Source: an uncultured Chryseobacterium sp.
GTDB lineage: Bacteria > Bacteroidota > Bacteroidia > UBA10329
Assembly (NCBI GenBank): GCA_964488095.1
Contig: CAZATP010000006.1
Location: forward strand, 53,262-117,261
DNA: 64,000 bases
Reading direction: 5' to 3'
The notes under the pieces are model-generated. The model worked only from the letters and a program-made list of their open reading frames with translations. It ran no database searches and had not been told where the DNA came from. Positions 28,582-37,299 of the stretch are shown here, one piece after another. Numbering within the stretch: the first letter of the stretch is position 1; each line of letters opens with the position of its first letter. The position numbers and the translations under genes are program-made.

Positions 28582-29967
28582 TCAGCACATCTTCCGAGGG
28601 TCGACCCATTCGTCAAACTGCTCGGAGGTGACATGACCCAGCGAAAGGGCGGCATCTTTAAGTGTGGAGCCTTCCTTGTGTGCCTTTTTGGCAATCTCTG
28701 CGGCCTTGTAATAACCGATGTGTGGATTGAGTGCTGTGACAAGCATGAGGCTGTTCTCCAAGTGGCGCTGCAGCGTTGGCAGATTGGGCTCGATGCCCAC
28801 AGCACAATTGTCGTTGAAAGAAACACAGGCATCACCGATGAGACGTGCGGACTGAAGCACGTTGGCCGCTATGACGGGCTTGAACACGTTCAGTTCGAAA
28901 TGTCCGTTACTGGCACCAATGGAAACCGCAACATCATTGCCCATCACCTGAGCGGCCACCATGGTCATGGCCTCGGGCTGAGTAGGGTTCACCTTGCCAG
29001 GCATGATCGAGGACCCGGGTTCGTTGTCTGGGATGATAATCTCACCTATCCCGCTTCTGGGGCCTGAGCTCAGCATGCGGATGTCGTTGGCGATCTTCAT
29101 CAGTGAAACGGCCACTCTTTTCAATGCACCTGAAAGCTCAACCATTGCATCATGCGCTGCCAAGGCTTCGAACTTGTTGGGTGCCGTGACGAACGGATGA
29201 CCGGTTGATTCCGCGATCTTCTTGGCCACAAGGACGTCATATCCTTTCGGGGCATTGAGACCGGTGCCCACGGCTGTCCCTCCAAGGGCAAGTTCAGCGA
29301 TCATTTCCAAGGCATTGTCAAGGGCGCGGATTCCATTGTCGAGCTGCTGCACGTAACCACCGAACTCCTGTCCGAGGGTGAGCGGAGTGGCGTCCATGAA
29401 GTGGGTACGGCCGGTTTTCACCACATCCTTGAAGGCCTCTGCCTTCTGCGCCAGAGTGTCTCTCAGTTTCAGGATGCCCGGAATGGTCACCTCCACCGTC
29501 AAGGTGTAGGCGGCAATATGCATGGCGGTCGGGTAGGTGTCGTTGGATGATTGGCTTTTGTTCACGTCATCGTTCGGGTTGAGCACCTTCTTCTCGTCCA
29601 TCAGACTGCCTCCCTGAAGCACATGAGCACGGTTGGCAATCACCTCATTGCAGTTCATGTTGCTCTGTGTCCCGGAACCGGTCTGCCAGATCACCAGTGG
29701 GAATTGGTCGTTGAGCGCCCCGGTGAGAATTTCGTCACACACCTTTGCAATAAGATCCCTTTTCTCAGCTGGGAGCACGCCCAGTTCGCAGTTGGCCTGT
29801 GCAGCAGCCTTCTTGAGATGCGCGAACGCATGGATGATCTCTTTAGGCATGCTGCCCTCCGGACCGATGCGGAAGTTGTTGCGAGAGCGCTCGGTCTGAG
29901 CGCCCCAATACTTGTCGGCAGGCACTTTCACCTCGCCCATAGTGTCTTTTTCAATCCGATAGTCCAT
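28582..29967 (-). CDS. fumC: Fumarate hydratase, class II
   Basis: 461 aa. [13 protein letters not shown] signature. N-terminus [25 protein letters not shown]. Confidence 0.95.
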   Translation of the reverse strand: MDYRIEKDTMGEVKVPADKYWGAQTERSRNNFRIGPEGSMPKEIIHAFAHLKKAAAQANCELGVLPAEKRDLIAKVCDEILTGALNDQFPLVIWQTGSGTQSNMNCNEVIANRAHVLQGGSLMDEKKVLNPNDDVNKSQSSNDTYPTAMHIAAYTLTVEVTIPGILKLRDTLAQKAEAFKDVVKTGRTHFMDATPLTLGQEFGGYVQQLDNGIRALDNALEMIAELALGGTAVGTGLNAPKGYDVLVAKKIAESTGHPFVTAPNKFEALAAHDAMVELSGALKRVAVSLMKIANDIRMLSSGPRSGIGEIIIPDNEPGSSIMPGKVNPTQPEAMTMVAAQVMGNDVAVSIGASNGHFELNVFKPVIAANVLQSARLIGDACVSFNDNCAVGIEPNLPTLQRHLENSLMLVTALNPHIGYYKAAEIAKKAHKEGSTLKDAALSLGHVTSEQFDEWVDPRKMC

Positions 29968-30004
29968 GGTGATGTCTTGTTTGAGCGTTTTAAATTAAGA
30001 GGGG

Positions 30005-30012
30005 CAAAAGTA
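30005..30012 (-). promoter_or_regulatory. Bacteroidota -7 promoter box (TACTTTTG on minus strand) for fumC
   Basis: Plus-strand CAAAAGTA, 37 nt upstream of the ATG at 29967. Confidence 0.5.
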
Positions 30013-30036
30013 TCCGATGGGCAAGTTCTGAAAGGC

Positions 30037-30082
30037 ATGATGATGAACGGGATGTTTCAACGGTTCGAGTCATCATTTTTTT
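30037..30082 (+). terminator. AT-rich hairpin followed by T7 (terminator-like, target transcript unknown)
   Basis: ATGATGA...GAAC / GTTC...TCATCAT imperfect stem, then a TTTTTTT run ending at 30082. It sits in the fumC upstream region. Confidence 0.3.
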
Positions 30083-30135
30083 CTTGTCAGGAAGCGGAAG
30101 CGTCTCTATTTTCGCCCCGTCAAAACTTACCACTT

Positions 30136-30303
30136 ATGGCTTCACTTGGCATCACCGTAATTCTCGCCTACATCCTGCTTGGTTTCTGGATGCTTGTTTT
30201 CCTTAGCCTGTGGGTTCCACTGATGGCCACGTTGCTGTTCATGGAGAAGTACAGCCCCGAAGCAGGTGAGAAACTGGCTGCATTCATCGCACCACGCGAC
30301 TAA
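30136..30303 (+). CDS. Possible small membrane protein (55 aa)
   Basis: MASLGITVILAYILLGFWMLVFLSLWVPLMATLLFMEK... is strongly hydrophobic. It is the only non-antisense part of track ORF 29551-30303. An in-frame alternative start exists at 30037. No family recognised. Confidence 0.3.
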   Translation: MASLGITVILAYILLGFWMLVFLSLWVPLMATLLFMEKYSPEAGEKLAAFIAPRD

Positions 30304-30304
30304 G

Positions 30305-30643
30305 TCACAGCAATTTCAGAGCATTCTCAGGAGGTCGTCCCAGGACGGCCTTTTTGTTTTGCACCACAATGGGTCGCTCGATCAGTTTGGGATGCTGCAC
30401 CATGGCAGTAATCCATTGTGCACCGGAGAGTTTACGCCCTTTGAAGAGGTCCTTGTATTCCTGCTCGCCTTTGCGCACCAGTTCCTCCGGGTGGATTCCG
30501 AGCATTTTCACAAGTTCCTTGAGCTCAGATTCGGTGGGAACGTTCACCAGATAATCGATGATTTCCGGTTCAACCCCGTTCTGTCTCAGCAGGTCGAGTG
30601 TCTGTCGGCTTTTACTGCAGCGCGGATTGTGATAAATCCTCAT
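30305..30643 (-). CDS. arsC: ArsC-family (glutaredoxin-type arsenate reductase / YffB-like) protein
   Basis: MRIYHNPRCSKSRQTL (HNPxC catalytic Cys) and IERPIVV. 112 aa, 5 nt downstream of prfB. Confidence 0.7.
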   Translation of the reverse strand: MRIYHNPRCSKSRQTLDLLRQNGVEPEIIDYLVNVPTESELKELVKMLGIHPEELVRKGEQEYKDLFKGRKLSGAQWITAMVQHPKLIERPIVVQNKKAVLGRPPENALKLL

Positions 30644-30648
30644 GCTGA

Positions 30649-31758
30649 TCAGGCGTTCTCTTTCTCCTTCTTGCCTCCGAACTGAAGCAGGAATGCCTTG
30701 ATGAACGGGTTTATATCACCGTCCATCACGGCCTGGATGTTGGATGTCTCGTGACTGCTTCGCAGGTCTTTCACCAGTTTGTAGGGGTGGAATACGTAGT
30801 TGCGCACCTGTGCCCCGAACTCAATCTTCATCTTGCTACCCTCGATTTCGGCCCGCTTGTCCAAGCGCTTGCGCAGTTCAATCTCATAAAGCTGGGATTT
30901 GAGAAGCTTGAGGGCATTCTCCCGGTTCTGCCCCTGTGAGCGGCTTTCCGTGTTGCGGATGATGATGCCCGATGGATGGTGGGTGACGCGCACACCGGTC
31001 TCCACCTTGTTCACGTTCTGACCGCCTGCACCGCCCGAACGGAAGGTGTCCCAACTGATATCGGACGGGTTGATCTCGATCTCAATACGGTCGTCCACCA
31101 CGGGATACACGAACACCGATGCGAATGACGTATGCCTGCGGGCATTGCTGTCGAACGGAGAGATGCGCACCAGCCGGTGAACCCCGTTCTCACCCTTGAG
31201 GTTGCCGTAGGCGAATTCACCCTCGAACTCCAAGGTGCAGCTCTTGATGCCGGCCACATCGCCTTCCTGAATATCGACCTCCTTTACTTTGAAGCCATTC
31301 TTCTCGCCCCACATGATGTACATGCGCATGAGCATGGAGGCCCAGTCGCAGCTTTCTGTTCCGCCTGCCCCGGAATTTATCTCGAGCACCGCACTGAGCT
31401 CATCACCCTCGCTTCCGAGCATATTGCGGAACTCAAGGTCTTCCAGTTTCTCGATGAACGTGTCGTGCTGCGCCTCCAATTCTTCTTGCGTGGCCTCGCC
31501 CTCCTTGCTGAACTCGAAGAGCACATTGAGGTCTTCGAGTGCGGTCTCGGCCGACTGGAAGGCGTTGGTCCAGGCCTTCTTGCCGTTGATCTTCTTCATG
31601 AGCGCCTCGGCCTGCTCGGGGTCGTCCCAGAAACCGGGCGATACGGTGGTCTGCTGGTCCTCTGCGATCTCGCGCAACTTGCGGTCTATCTCCAAATAGC
31701 CGCGCAGGGCCTCGAGCCGTTTCTTCAGGTCGTTGAGCCTGTCCTGTGTGATGGTCAT
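30649..31758 (-). CDS. prfB: Peptide chain release factor 2 (single uninterrupted frame)
   Basis: 369 aa. SPF (RISPFDS) and GGQ (GGAGGQNVNKVETG) motifs. LRGYLEIDRK reads straight through where the +1 frameshift site sits in many bacteria. Confidence 0.9.
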   Translation of the reverse strand: MTITQDRLNDLKKRLEALRGYLEIDRKLREIAEDQQTTVSPGFWDDPEQAEALMKKINGKKAWTNAFQSAETALEDLNVLFEFSKEGEATQEELEAQHDTFIEKLEDLEFRNMLGSEGDELSAVLEINSGAGGTESCDWASMLMRMYIMWGEKNGFKVKEVDIQEGDVAGIKSCTLEFEGEFAYGNLKGENGVHRLVRISPFDSNARRHTSFASVFVYPVVDDRIEIEINPSDISWDTFRSGGAGGQNVNKVETGVRVTHHPSGIIIRNTESRSQGQNRENALKLLKSQLYEIELRKRLDKRAEIEGSKMKIEFGAQVRNYVFHPYKLVKDLRSSHETSNIQAVMDGDINPFIKAFLLQFGGKKEKENA

Positions 31759-31778
31759 TTCTTTGAAATTCGGGGGCG

Positions 31779-31786
31779 CAAAGGTA
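31779..31786 (-). promoter_or_regulatory. Bacteroidota -7 promoter box (TACCTTTG on minus strand) for prfB
   Basis: Plus-strand CAAAGGTA, 20 nt upstream of the ATG at 31758. Confidence 0.5.
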
Positions 31787-31849
31787 AGTGTGCCATCAGC
31801 CCGAAGCCGGCCACATCTTCCAACGGCATGAAACCTGCTGCGAAGGCCT

Positions 31850-32488
31850 TCAGACCAGTGCCGCGCTCATGGCGTGCCGCACCAGTTCGGTGGTAGAGCG
31901 CACCCCCAGTTTACGGAAGATGTTCTTGCGATGTGTGGTGACCGTATGGGCCGAGAGACAGAGTTTGGCAGCAATCTCATTGGCGGTACCGCCCTGCACG
32001 ATCTGTTCCACAATCTCCAGTTCACGTTTGCTGAGGCGGGTGGGCAGACAGTCCGGGTCGCTCTCCTGCCTGCGGGTGTCCACTAATATGTCGAGCACTC
32101 TGTTGCAGAAGAAACGGTCACCTTTCTTGGCGAATTTGACGGCATTAATGATTTCGCTCTCATCACACTCCTTGAAGAGATAACCCGACACACCTTGGCG
32201 CATGGCCCGGTTCACCTTTGCAGGTTCCTGATGGCTCGACACCATAATGACATGCACCTGAGGGTCGATACGGTGCACACGGTCAAGGTCGTCCAAGGAG
32301 ATGGACCCCTCCGAGTCGAAATCGAAAAGCAGCACGTCAATGCCCTTGCGCAGCAGGCCGGGAATGCATTCTCCAGAGACACATTCGCCCACAATCTCAA
32401 ACTCAGGGTCTCTTGACAGCACGGCCTTGAACCCTTCACGCACCACGAAGTGCGCGTCAGCAATGCCTATTCTGATTTTGGTGCTCAC
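31850..32488 (-). CDS. Response regulator, NarL/FixJ (LuxR-type HTH) family
   Basis: Receiver domain (IRIGIADAHFVVREG...DVLLFDFD...IMVSS...GYLFK) plus a LuxR HTH (LSKRELEIVEQIVQGGTANEIAAKLCLSAHTVTTHRKNIFRKLGV). GTG start. Confidence 0.85.
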   Translation of the reverse strand: MSTKIRIGIADAHFVVREGFKAVLSRDPEFEIVGECVSGECIPGLLRKGIDVLLFDFDSEGSISLDDLDRVHRIDPQVHVIMVSSHQEPAKVNRAMRQGVSGYLFKECDESEIINAVKFAKKGDRFFCNRVLDILVDTRRQESDPDCLPTRLSKRELEIVEQIVQGGTANEIAAKLCLSAHTVTTHRKNIFRKLGVRSTTELVRHAMSAALV

Positions 32489-32517
32489 CTTTATTTAGAC
32501 AGATTCTAAACTGGTGG

Positions 32518-32525
32518 CAAATGTA
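32518..32525 (-). promoter_or_regulatory. Bacteroidota -7 promoter box (TACATTTG on minus strand)
   Basis: Plus-strand CAAATGTA, 29 nt upstream of the GTG at 32488. Confidence 0.45.
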
Positions 32526-32599
32526 CGCGGAAAGCTTCGAGTGAGAACAGAGAAATGGAGAATGTCGCGCACAGGAACTGATGGAAGTTCGGCCGATTG

Positions 32600-33895
32600 T
32601 CAACGCCCATTCCTAAGCGTTGTGTGGTCTTCCTCTGAGGTCTTGAAAGAGAAGAAGGTGCGGTAGAATTCGATGGCGCCATAGATGTAGGCGATCATGA
32701 AAATGCCGGCCACGAACCTCGGCTCGAACAGGAAGATATGTTCGTAGTTGATAGTGAATCCCAGCCACCGTTCATCGAAATAGCGCATGTAGCGCATCAC
32801 GGCCTCCAAGTTCAGCAGATAACCTACCGTGATGAGTAAGAACACGTTGCAGCGCCCCGTGATGAGGGCGAACAGACCGGAGAACAGCAGGGCGGGATGC
32901 ACATAGCGCTCATGCATCTGGGTGTTGAAAAGGAAGAAGCCAAGGGATATCAGGGCAGACACCTGAAATACGGTGCCCAACCGCTGATCGCGCCTCAGAT
33001 TGTCAAACGCTCCGTTGGCCACGGCCAGCACCATGGGCATCATCACCATGGCCGAAGAGGCCCAGAACTGCATAATGCCCCAGACCTTGAGCGGAATGCC
33101 GAGAACGGTTTTGTTGTCTGGGAAAGTGTACGGGTCATCGGTCACGAAATGCCAGAAGTTGTAGGCGTTCATGGAAAGGACCGGGAAATGGTCGATGCTG
33201 CGTGTGGTGAGCGCATGGAAGGTTTCTGGCAGTCGGCCAGCCATCCAGAATGGGAAGAAGATGAGCACCTGGACTCCTGCAAGAATGCCCAGTTGTGCCA
33301 CAGCGGCCTTCCATCCGCGTTTACGGATGAAGGGCATGATGAAGACCAGCACCAGCGGTGTGAAGATGATAGCCTGCAGCTTGAAGTTGATGGCGATGAG
33401 TAGCATGACACCTGCCCAACGCCACAGGCCGCGCTCTGCAAGCAGCAGAGCCCCGAGCACGAAGAAGGTATGTATGGTGTCCACCTGACCCCAGATGACG
33501 GTGTTGTACCAGAAGGCCGGGTTCATGAAGAAGATGAGCACTCCGTTGATGGGCTTCCCAGTGCGTTTCAGCACATGGACCACCAGAATGAGGGTGATGA
33601 TGTCGAACGGAAGGACAAGGGCCTTGAGCCAATTGACAGAGGTGTACGTCACAGTGTCAGGCCCGGGGAAGAACAAGGAGAATAGTTTCAACACATAGAG
33701 AATGAGCGGATGGTTGTTCACTTCCGGATTCTCATAGATTCTGCCCAGCCCGTTGCTCATGATCTCCTGCGTCCAGGTGATCCAATAGTATTTGTCAAAG
33801 CCCGAATCGGGCATCACCGCTATCACCGCGATGAACACCCCTGCGAAAAGGGTGTAAAACGGCCAGGCCTCTCTATGTAGGAATGAAAACCGCAT
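32600..33895 (-). CDS. Polytopic membrane protein, GT-C-like glycosyltransferase fold suspected
   Basis: At least 10 hydrophobic segments in an aromatic-rich protein of about 430 aa. Start set to the ATG at complement 33893-33895 (MRFSFLHRE...), because a -7 box (33929-33936) lies inside the longer track ORF. The function call is weak. Confidence 0.55.
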   Translation of the reverse strand: MRFSFLHREAWPFYTLFAGVFIAVIAVMPDSGFDKYYWITWTQEIMSNGLGRIYENPEVNNHPLILYVLKLFSLFFPGPDTVTYTSVNWLKALVLPFDIITLILVVHVLKRTGKPINGVLIFFMNPAFWYNTVIWGQVDTIHTFFVLGALLLAERGLWRWAGVMLLIAINFKLQAIIFTPLVLVFIMPFIRKRGWKAAVAQLGILAGVQVLIFFPFWMAGRLPETFHALTTRSIDHFPVLSMNAYNFWHFVTDDPYTFPDNKTVLGIPLKVWGIMQFWASSAMVMMPMVLAVANGAFDNLRRDQRLGTVFQVSALISLGFFLFNTQMHERYVHPALLFSGLFALITGRCNVFLLITVGYLLNLEAVMRYMRYFDERWLGFTINYEHIFLFEPRFVAGIFMIAYIYGAIEFYRTFFSFKTSEEDHTTLRNGR

Positions 33896-33928
33896 GCGCT
33901 TGGGGGTGGTGGTCGGACGCTTCAAGTC

Positions 33929-33936
33929 CAAAAATA
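33929..33936 (-). promoter_or_regulatory. Bacteroidota -7 promoter box (TATTTTTG on minus strand)
   Basis: Plus-strand CAAAAATA, 33 nt upstream of the ATG at 33895. Confidence 0.45.
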
Positions 33937-33982
33937 GCACAGATAGGCGATGCAGACCTTTACATGGTCTTGAAAATGAAGC

Positions 33983-34471
33983 TCAAAGCAATTTCTCGCT
34001 GGCCTTGGCGGCCTCATAGCCTACATCCACCGAGTGTCGGGCCCTGTCGTTGGCGGCCGCCACGGCCAAGCGGTCGCAGCGCTCATTCTCCACATTGTTG
34101 GCATGGCCTTTCACCCAGACGAACTTCACTCTATGCTTCGGGTAAACCAGAAGGAACCGTCTCCAGAGATCGGCATTCTTCTTCCCCTCAAAACCCTTCT
34201 TCGCCCATCCGAACACCCAGCGCTTCTCCACCGATTCGACCACGTACTTCGAATCTGAGTAGATGGTCACATCCTGTCCGGGATTTTTCAGCAGTTCCAG
34301 CGCCACGATAACGCTCAGCAGCTCCATCCGGTTGTTGGTGGTGAGGCGATAGCCAGCGGCCACCTCTTTGCGGTATGGGCCTGCCATCATCACAATGCCA
34401 TAACCGCCCGGCCCAGGGTTGCCGAGGGCCGATCCGTCCGTATAGACCACAATGGGGTGCTGGGAACTCAT
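33983..34471 (-). CDS. rnhA: Ribonuclease HI
   Basis: 162 aa. VVYTDGSALGNPGPGGYG, NNRMEL, YSDSKYV, VKGHANNVENERCDRLA. Confidence 0.9.
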   Translation of the reverse strand: MSSQHPIVVYTDGSALGNPGPGGYGIVMMAGPYRKEVAAGYRLTTNNRMELLSVIVALELLKNPGQDVTIYSDSKYVVESVEKRWVFGWAKKGFEGKKNADLWRRFLLVYPKHRVKFVWVKGHANNVENERCDRLAVAAANDRARHSVDVGYEAAKASEKLL

Positions 34472-34475
34472 GGTC

Positions 34476-34483
34476 TACTTTTG
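34476..34483 (+). promoter_or_regulatory. Bacteroidota -7 promoter box (TACTTTTG) for yicC
   Basis: Exact TAnnTTTG, 47 nt upstream of the ATG at 34531. Confidence 0.45.
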
Positions 34484-34530
34484 CGGGGCTTTGGCCTTTC
34501 CGGTCATCAGCTCATCTATTAGAAGGCACT

Positions 34531-35403
34531 ATGATCCAGTCAATGACCGGCTTCGGCAAAGCTACGGGCCACTATGGTAACAACACCTGCACCGTGGAGG
34601 TGCGCTCCGTCAACAGCAAACAGCTTGACCTCAACATGCGGATGCCCTCGGCCTTCCGGGAGAAGGAGCCCGACCTGCGCAGAATGGTGTCGGAAGGTGC
34701 GGTGCGCGGCAAAGTGGACCTCAGCATCAACATAGAGGGAGTGGAAGAGGGGCGTATGCAGCAGGTCAATCGAGCCCTTTTCGACCATTATTTCAAAGAA
34801 CTGAACGCGGTGGCAGCCGAAAAGGGACTGCCCACGAACAATCTGCTCACGGACATTCTGCGCCTGCCCGATGTGATGCAGCCGCTCAGGTTGGAGATGA
34901 ACGACACCGATTGGCCTGCGGTGAGGGCCGTTGTGGATGAGGCGATCGTTGCATTCGTGCGCTTCAGGGAAGCTGAGGGCGCCACGTTGGCCAAAGAACT
35001 CCGGGCCCGGGTGGAAGGCATTCATGCCCTGATGGAACAGGTGACCCCCTTCGAGCCCGAGCGCGTGGCCACCGTGCGTCAGCGTTTGAAGGAACGTTTG
35101 GATGAGATTTCCACACAGAAGGAGCTGGACCCCGCACGCTTGGAGCATGAGCTGGTGTTCTACATCGAGAAATTCGATGTCACAGAGGAGAAAGTGCGCC
35201 TTGCGGCCCATTGCCGTTATTTCCTCGAGACGATGGAGACCGACCCGCAGGCCGGACGCAAGCTAGGATTCATTGCGCAGGAGATGGGCCGCGAAATCAA
35301 CACGCTCGGTTCCAAGGCCAACCATGCTAAAATCCAGAAGCTCGTGGTGCAGATGAAAGACGAGCTGGAGAAGGTGAAGGAGCAGGTGCTGAATGTGCTC
35401 TGA
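34531..35403 (+). CDS. yicC: YicC-family stress-induced protein
   Basis: MIQSMTGFGKATG N-terminus and C-terminal GRKLGFIAQEMGREINTLGSKAN. The track start at 34375 overlaps rnhA on the opposite strand. Confidence 0.85.
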   Translation: MIQSMTGFGKATGHYGNNTCTVEVRSVNSKQLDLNMRMPSAFREKEPDLRRMVSEGAVRGKVDLSINIEGVEEGRMQQVNRALFDHYFKELNAVAAEKGLPTNNLLTDILRLPDVMQPLRLEMNDTDWPAVRAVVDEAIVAFVRFREAEGATLAKELRARVEGIHALMEQVTPFEPERVATVRQRLKERLDEISTQKELDPARLEHELVFYIEKFDVTEEKVRLAAHCRYFLETMETDPQAGRKLGFIAQEMGREINTLGSKANHAKIQKLVVQMKDELEKVKEQVLNVL

Positions 35404-35409
35404 CGGCCG

Positions 35410-36552
35410 ATGAGACTTTTCCTCTTTTTCCTCTTTTTCTTCTTTGGGCTTTCTGCAAGTGGCCAGACCTGGGTCGATTCTGTGGAACAATATGCCATGC
35501 AGCGCTACCTGCCGGCCTCCAAATACACTTGGACATGGCAGCACGCGGCCTTCCTCAACACGATGGTGAAACGCTACCACCAAACGGAAGCAGATAAGAA
35601 GGCCGCCTATCTCAATTACGTGACCAAGGCCATGCACCGCACCATGACAGGTGGCAATGGAAAGACCCCGAATGCCGTGGCCTCCGGCCTTGGGTTGGCG
35701 TTTATATTAGAGAAAACTGGAGATTACCGCTATCGCCAGAAGTGCGATAGGATATTCGAGCAGTACATGCTGATTCGAAGAACACCCGAAGGTGGGGTAT
35801 CACATTTGCCCATCAGCTTGGAACTTTGGGACGACACCGTTTTCATGGTCGGGCAGTTCCTCATCGCCATGTACAAGGCCACGGGCGATGAGAAATACCT
35901 CACCGAACTCGCCATTCAGATGCGTGTGCACAGGGAGAAGCTGCGCGATGAAAAGACCGGACTCTGGGTACACGGCTGGGATGCCAACGACAAGGACGGT
36001 GTGCCCTACTTCTGCGGGCAGATGGGCTGGCCCAATGACTCGACCCGGAGAAGTGCCGAAATATGGGGCCGTGGTAACGGATGGATTTTCGTCACCCTCT
36101 CCGATGCGCTGGAGACCATTCCACGCGAACACCCGATGTGGACGGAATTTGCGGGCTATCTGAAGGAAATGACGGTGAACCTTCCCGCGCTTCAGGACGA
36201 GGCCACGGGCCACTGGTTCCAGCTTCCGGTGCGCAACACCGACCCCGACAACTTCATCGAGAGTTCCTGCACCGCCATGTTCGCGTATGGCATCATCACC
36301 GCATTGAAACTCGGCATCATTGAAGGCGCAGCCTTTGAACGCAGTGTGGACATGGCCTATCGTGGGCTTCGTCAGCACAGCATCAGAGACTTGGGGAACG
36401 GCCACCTCACCGCCACCAATGTCTGCATCGGCACCTGCATCGGTGACAAGGATTATTATCTGAAACGCGGTGTGCAGGAGGGACGTTCCTTTGGCCTTGC
36501 CATGTTCATCCAGTTCGGGATGCGTTACGAAATCGAAAAAGGCCTGCGATGA
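35410..36552 (+). CDS. Glycoside hydrolase family 88/105 (unsaturated glucuronyl / rhamnogalacturonyl hydrolase-like)
   Basis: Signal peptide MRLFLFFLFFFFGLSASGQ. LELWDDTVFMVGQFLIAMYKATGDEKYL, HGWDAND and WGRGNGW motifs. Confidence 0.75.
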   Translation: MRLFLFFLFFFFGLSASGQTWVDSVEQYAMQRYLPASKYTWTWQHAAFLNTMVKRYHQTEADKKAAYLNYVTKAMHRTMTGGNGKTPNAVASGLGLAFILEKTGDYRYRQKCDRIFEQYMLIRRTPEGGVSHLPISLELWDDTVFMVGQFLIAMYKATGDEKYLTELAIQMRVHREKLRDEKTGLWVHGWDANDKDGVPYFCGQMGWPNDSTRRSAEIWGRGNGWIFVTLSDALETIPREHPMWTEFAGYLKEMTVNLPALQDEATGHWFQLPVRNTDPDNFIESSCTAMFAYGIITALKLGIIEGAAFERSVDMAYRGLRQHSIRDLGNGHLTATNVCIGTCIGDKDYYLKRGVQEGRSFGLAMFIQFGMRYEIEKGLR

Positions 36553-37298
36553 AAGAGCTTGTTACATCCGTGTTAGTCAGTCTGATAGGGGCGGCTGCCT
36601 CAGCACAGGACTGGACCTTCACTTTGGAGGAAGGGGTTTCCGTTGAAATGGTGTTCGTGGAAGGTGGCACCTTCACCATGGGCAACAACAAGGGCAAGAA
36701 GGCCGACCGCCCTGAGCATCAGGTGCAACTGGATGATTTCTATATCGGGATGTTCGAGGTGACGCAGAATGAATGGACCGCGCTGATGGGCCAGAACCCA
36801 AGCAGTATCGCCTGCGGCCGTTGTCCGGTGAACGACATGACCTACGACCAGATACAGCAGTTCGTGCAGAAGTTGAGTGACCGCATGGGGAGAAAATTCC
36901 GGCTACCCACCGAGGCCGAATGGGAGTTTGCCGCACAGGGAGGCAAGAAGTCCAAAGGGTTTCTCTATGCGGGAAGCAACGACCTTGCAGAGGTGGGTTG
37001 GCTCAAATTCAACGGCAATGATCAGCAGCATGTGGTGGGCCAGCTGAAGCCCAATGAACTGGGCCTTTATGACATGAACGGCAACGCTTGGGAGCTGTGC
37101 GAGGACTGGTATGATCCGAAATTCTATGCGCGGAGCGAGGCTAAGAATCCGGTGAATACCAAACCTGCCAAGTACCGCGTATCGCGCGGAGCATCGTGGA
37201 TGAGCCCCGCAGAATACTGCTACCGCTGGGCTCGGAACAACGACCATCCGCACCACAGACGCGGCAATGGCGGTTTCCGTTTGGTGATGGAGCCTTGA
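36549..37298 (+). CDS. Formylglycine-generating enzyme (SUMF1/FGE-sulfatase domain) family protein
   Basis: RLPTEAEWEFAAQGG, GNAWELCEDW and RVSRGASW motifs. The ATG overlaps the upstream TGA (ATGA). Confidence 0.8.
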   Translation: MKELVTSVLVSLIGAAASAQDWTFTLEEGVSVEMVFVEGGTFTMGNNKGKKADRPEHQVQLDDFYIGMFEVTQNEWTALMGQNPSSIACGRCPVNDMTYDQIQQFVQKLSDRMGRKFRLPTEAEWEFAAQGGKKSKGFLYAGSNDLAEVGWLKFNGNDQQHVVGQLKPNELGLYDMNGNAWELCEDWYDPKFYARSEAKNPVNTKPAKYRVSRGASWMSPAEYCYRWARNNDHPHHRRGNGGFRLVMEP

Positions 37299-37299
37299 T

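Noticed and set aside
30055-30076. GGTTCGAGTC, reminiscent of a tRNA T-arm
   Set aside because: The flanking sequence cannot be folded into acceptor, D or anticodon arms. The segment is better explained as part of the AT-rich hairpin described in the findings.
30649-31758. Looked for the programmed +1 frameshift site (CTT TGA C after ...RGYL) typical of prfB
   Set aside because: The DNA reads GGC TAT TTG GAG ATA GAC. The 369-aa frame is uninterrupted from the ATG, so this prfB is of the non-frameshifted type.
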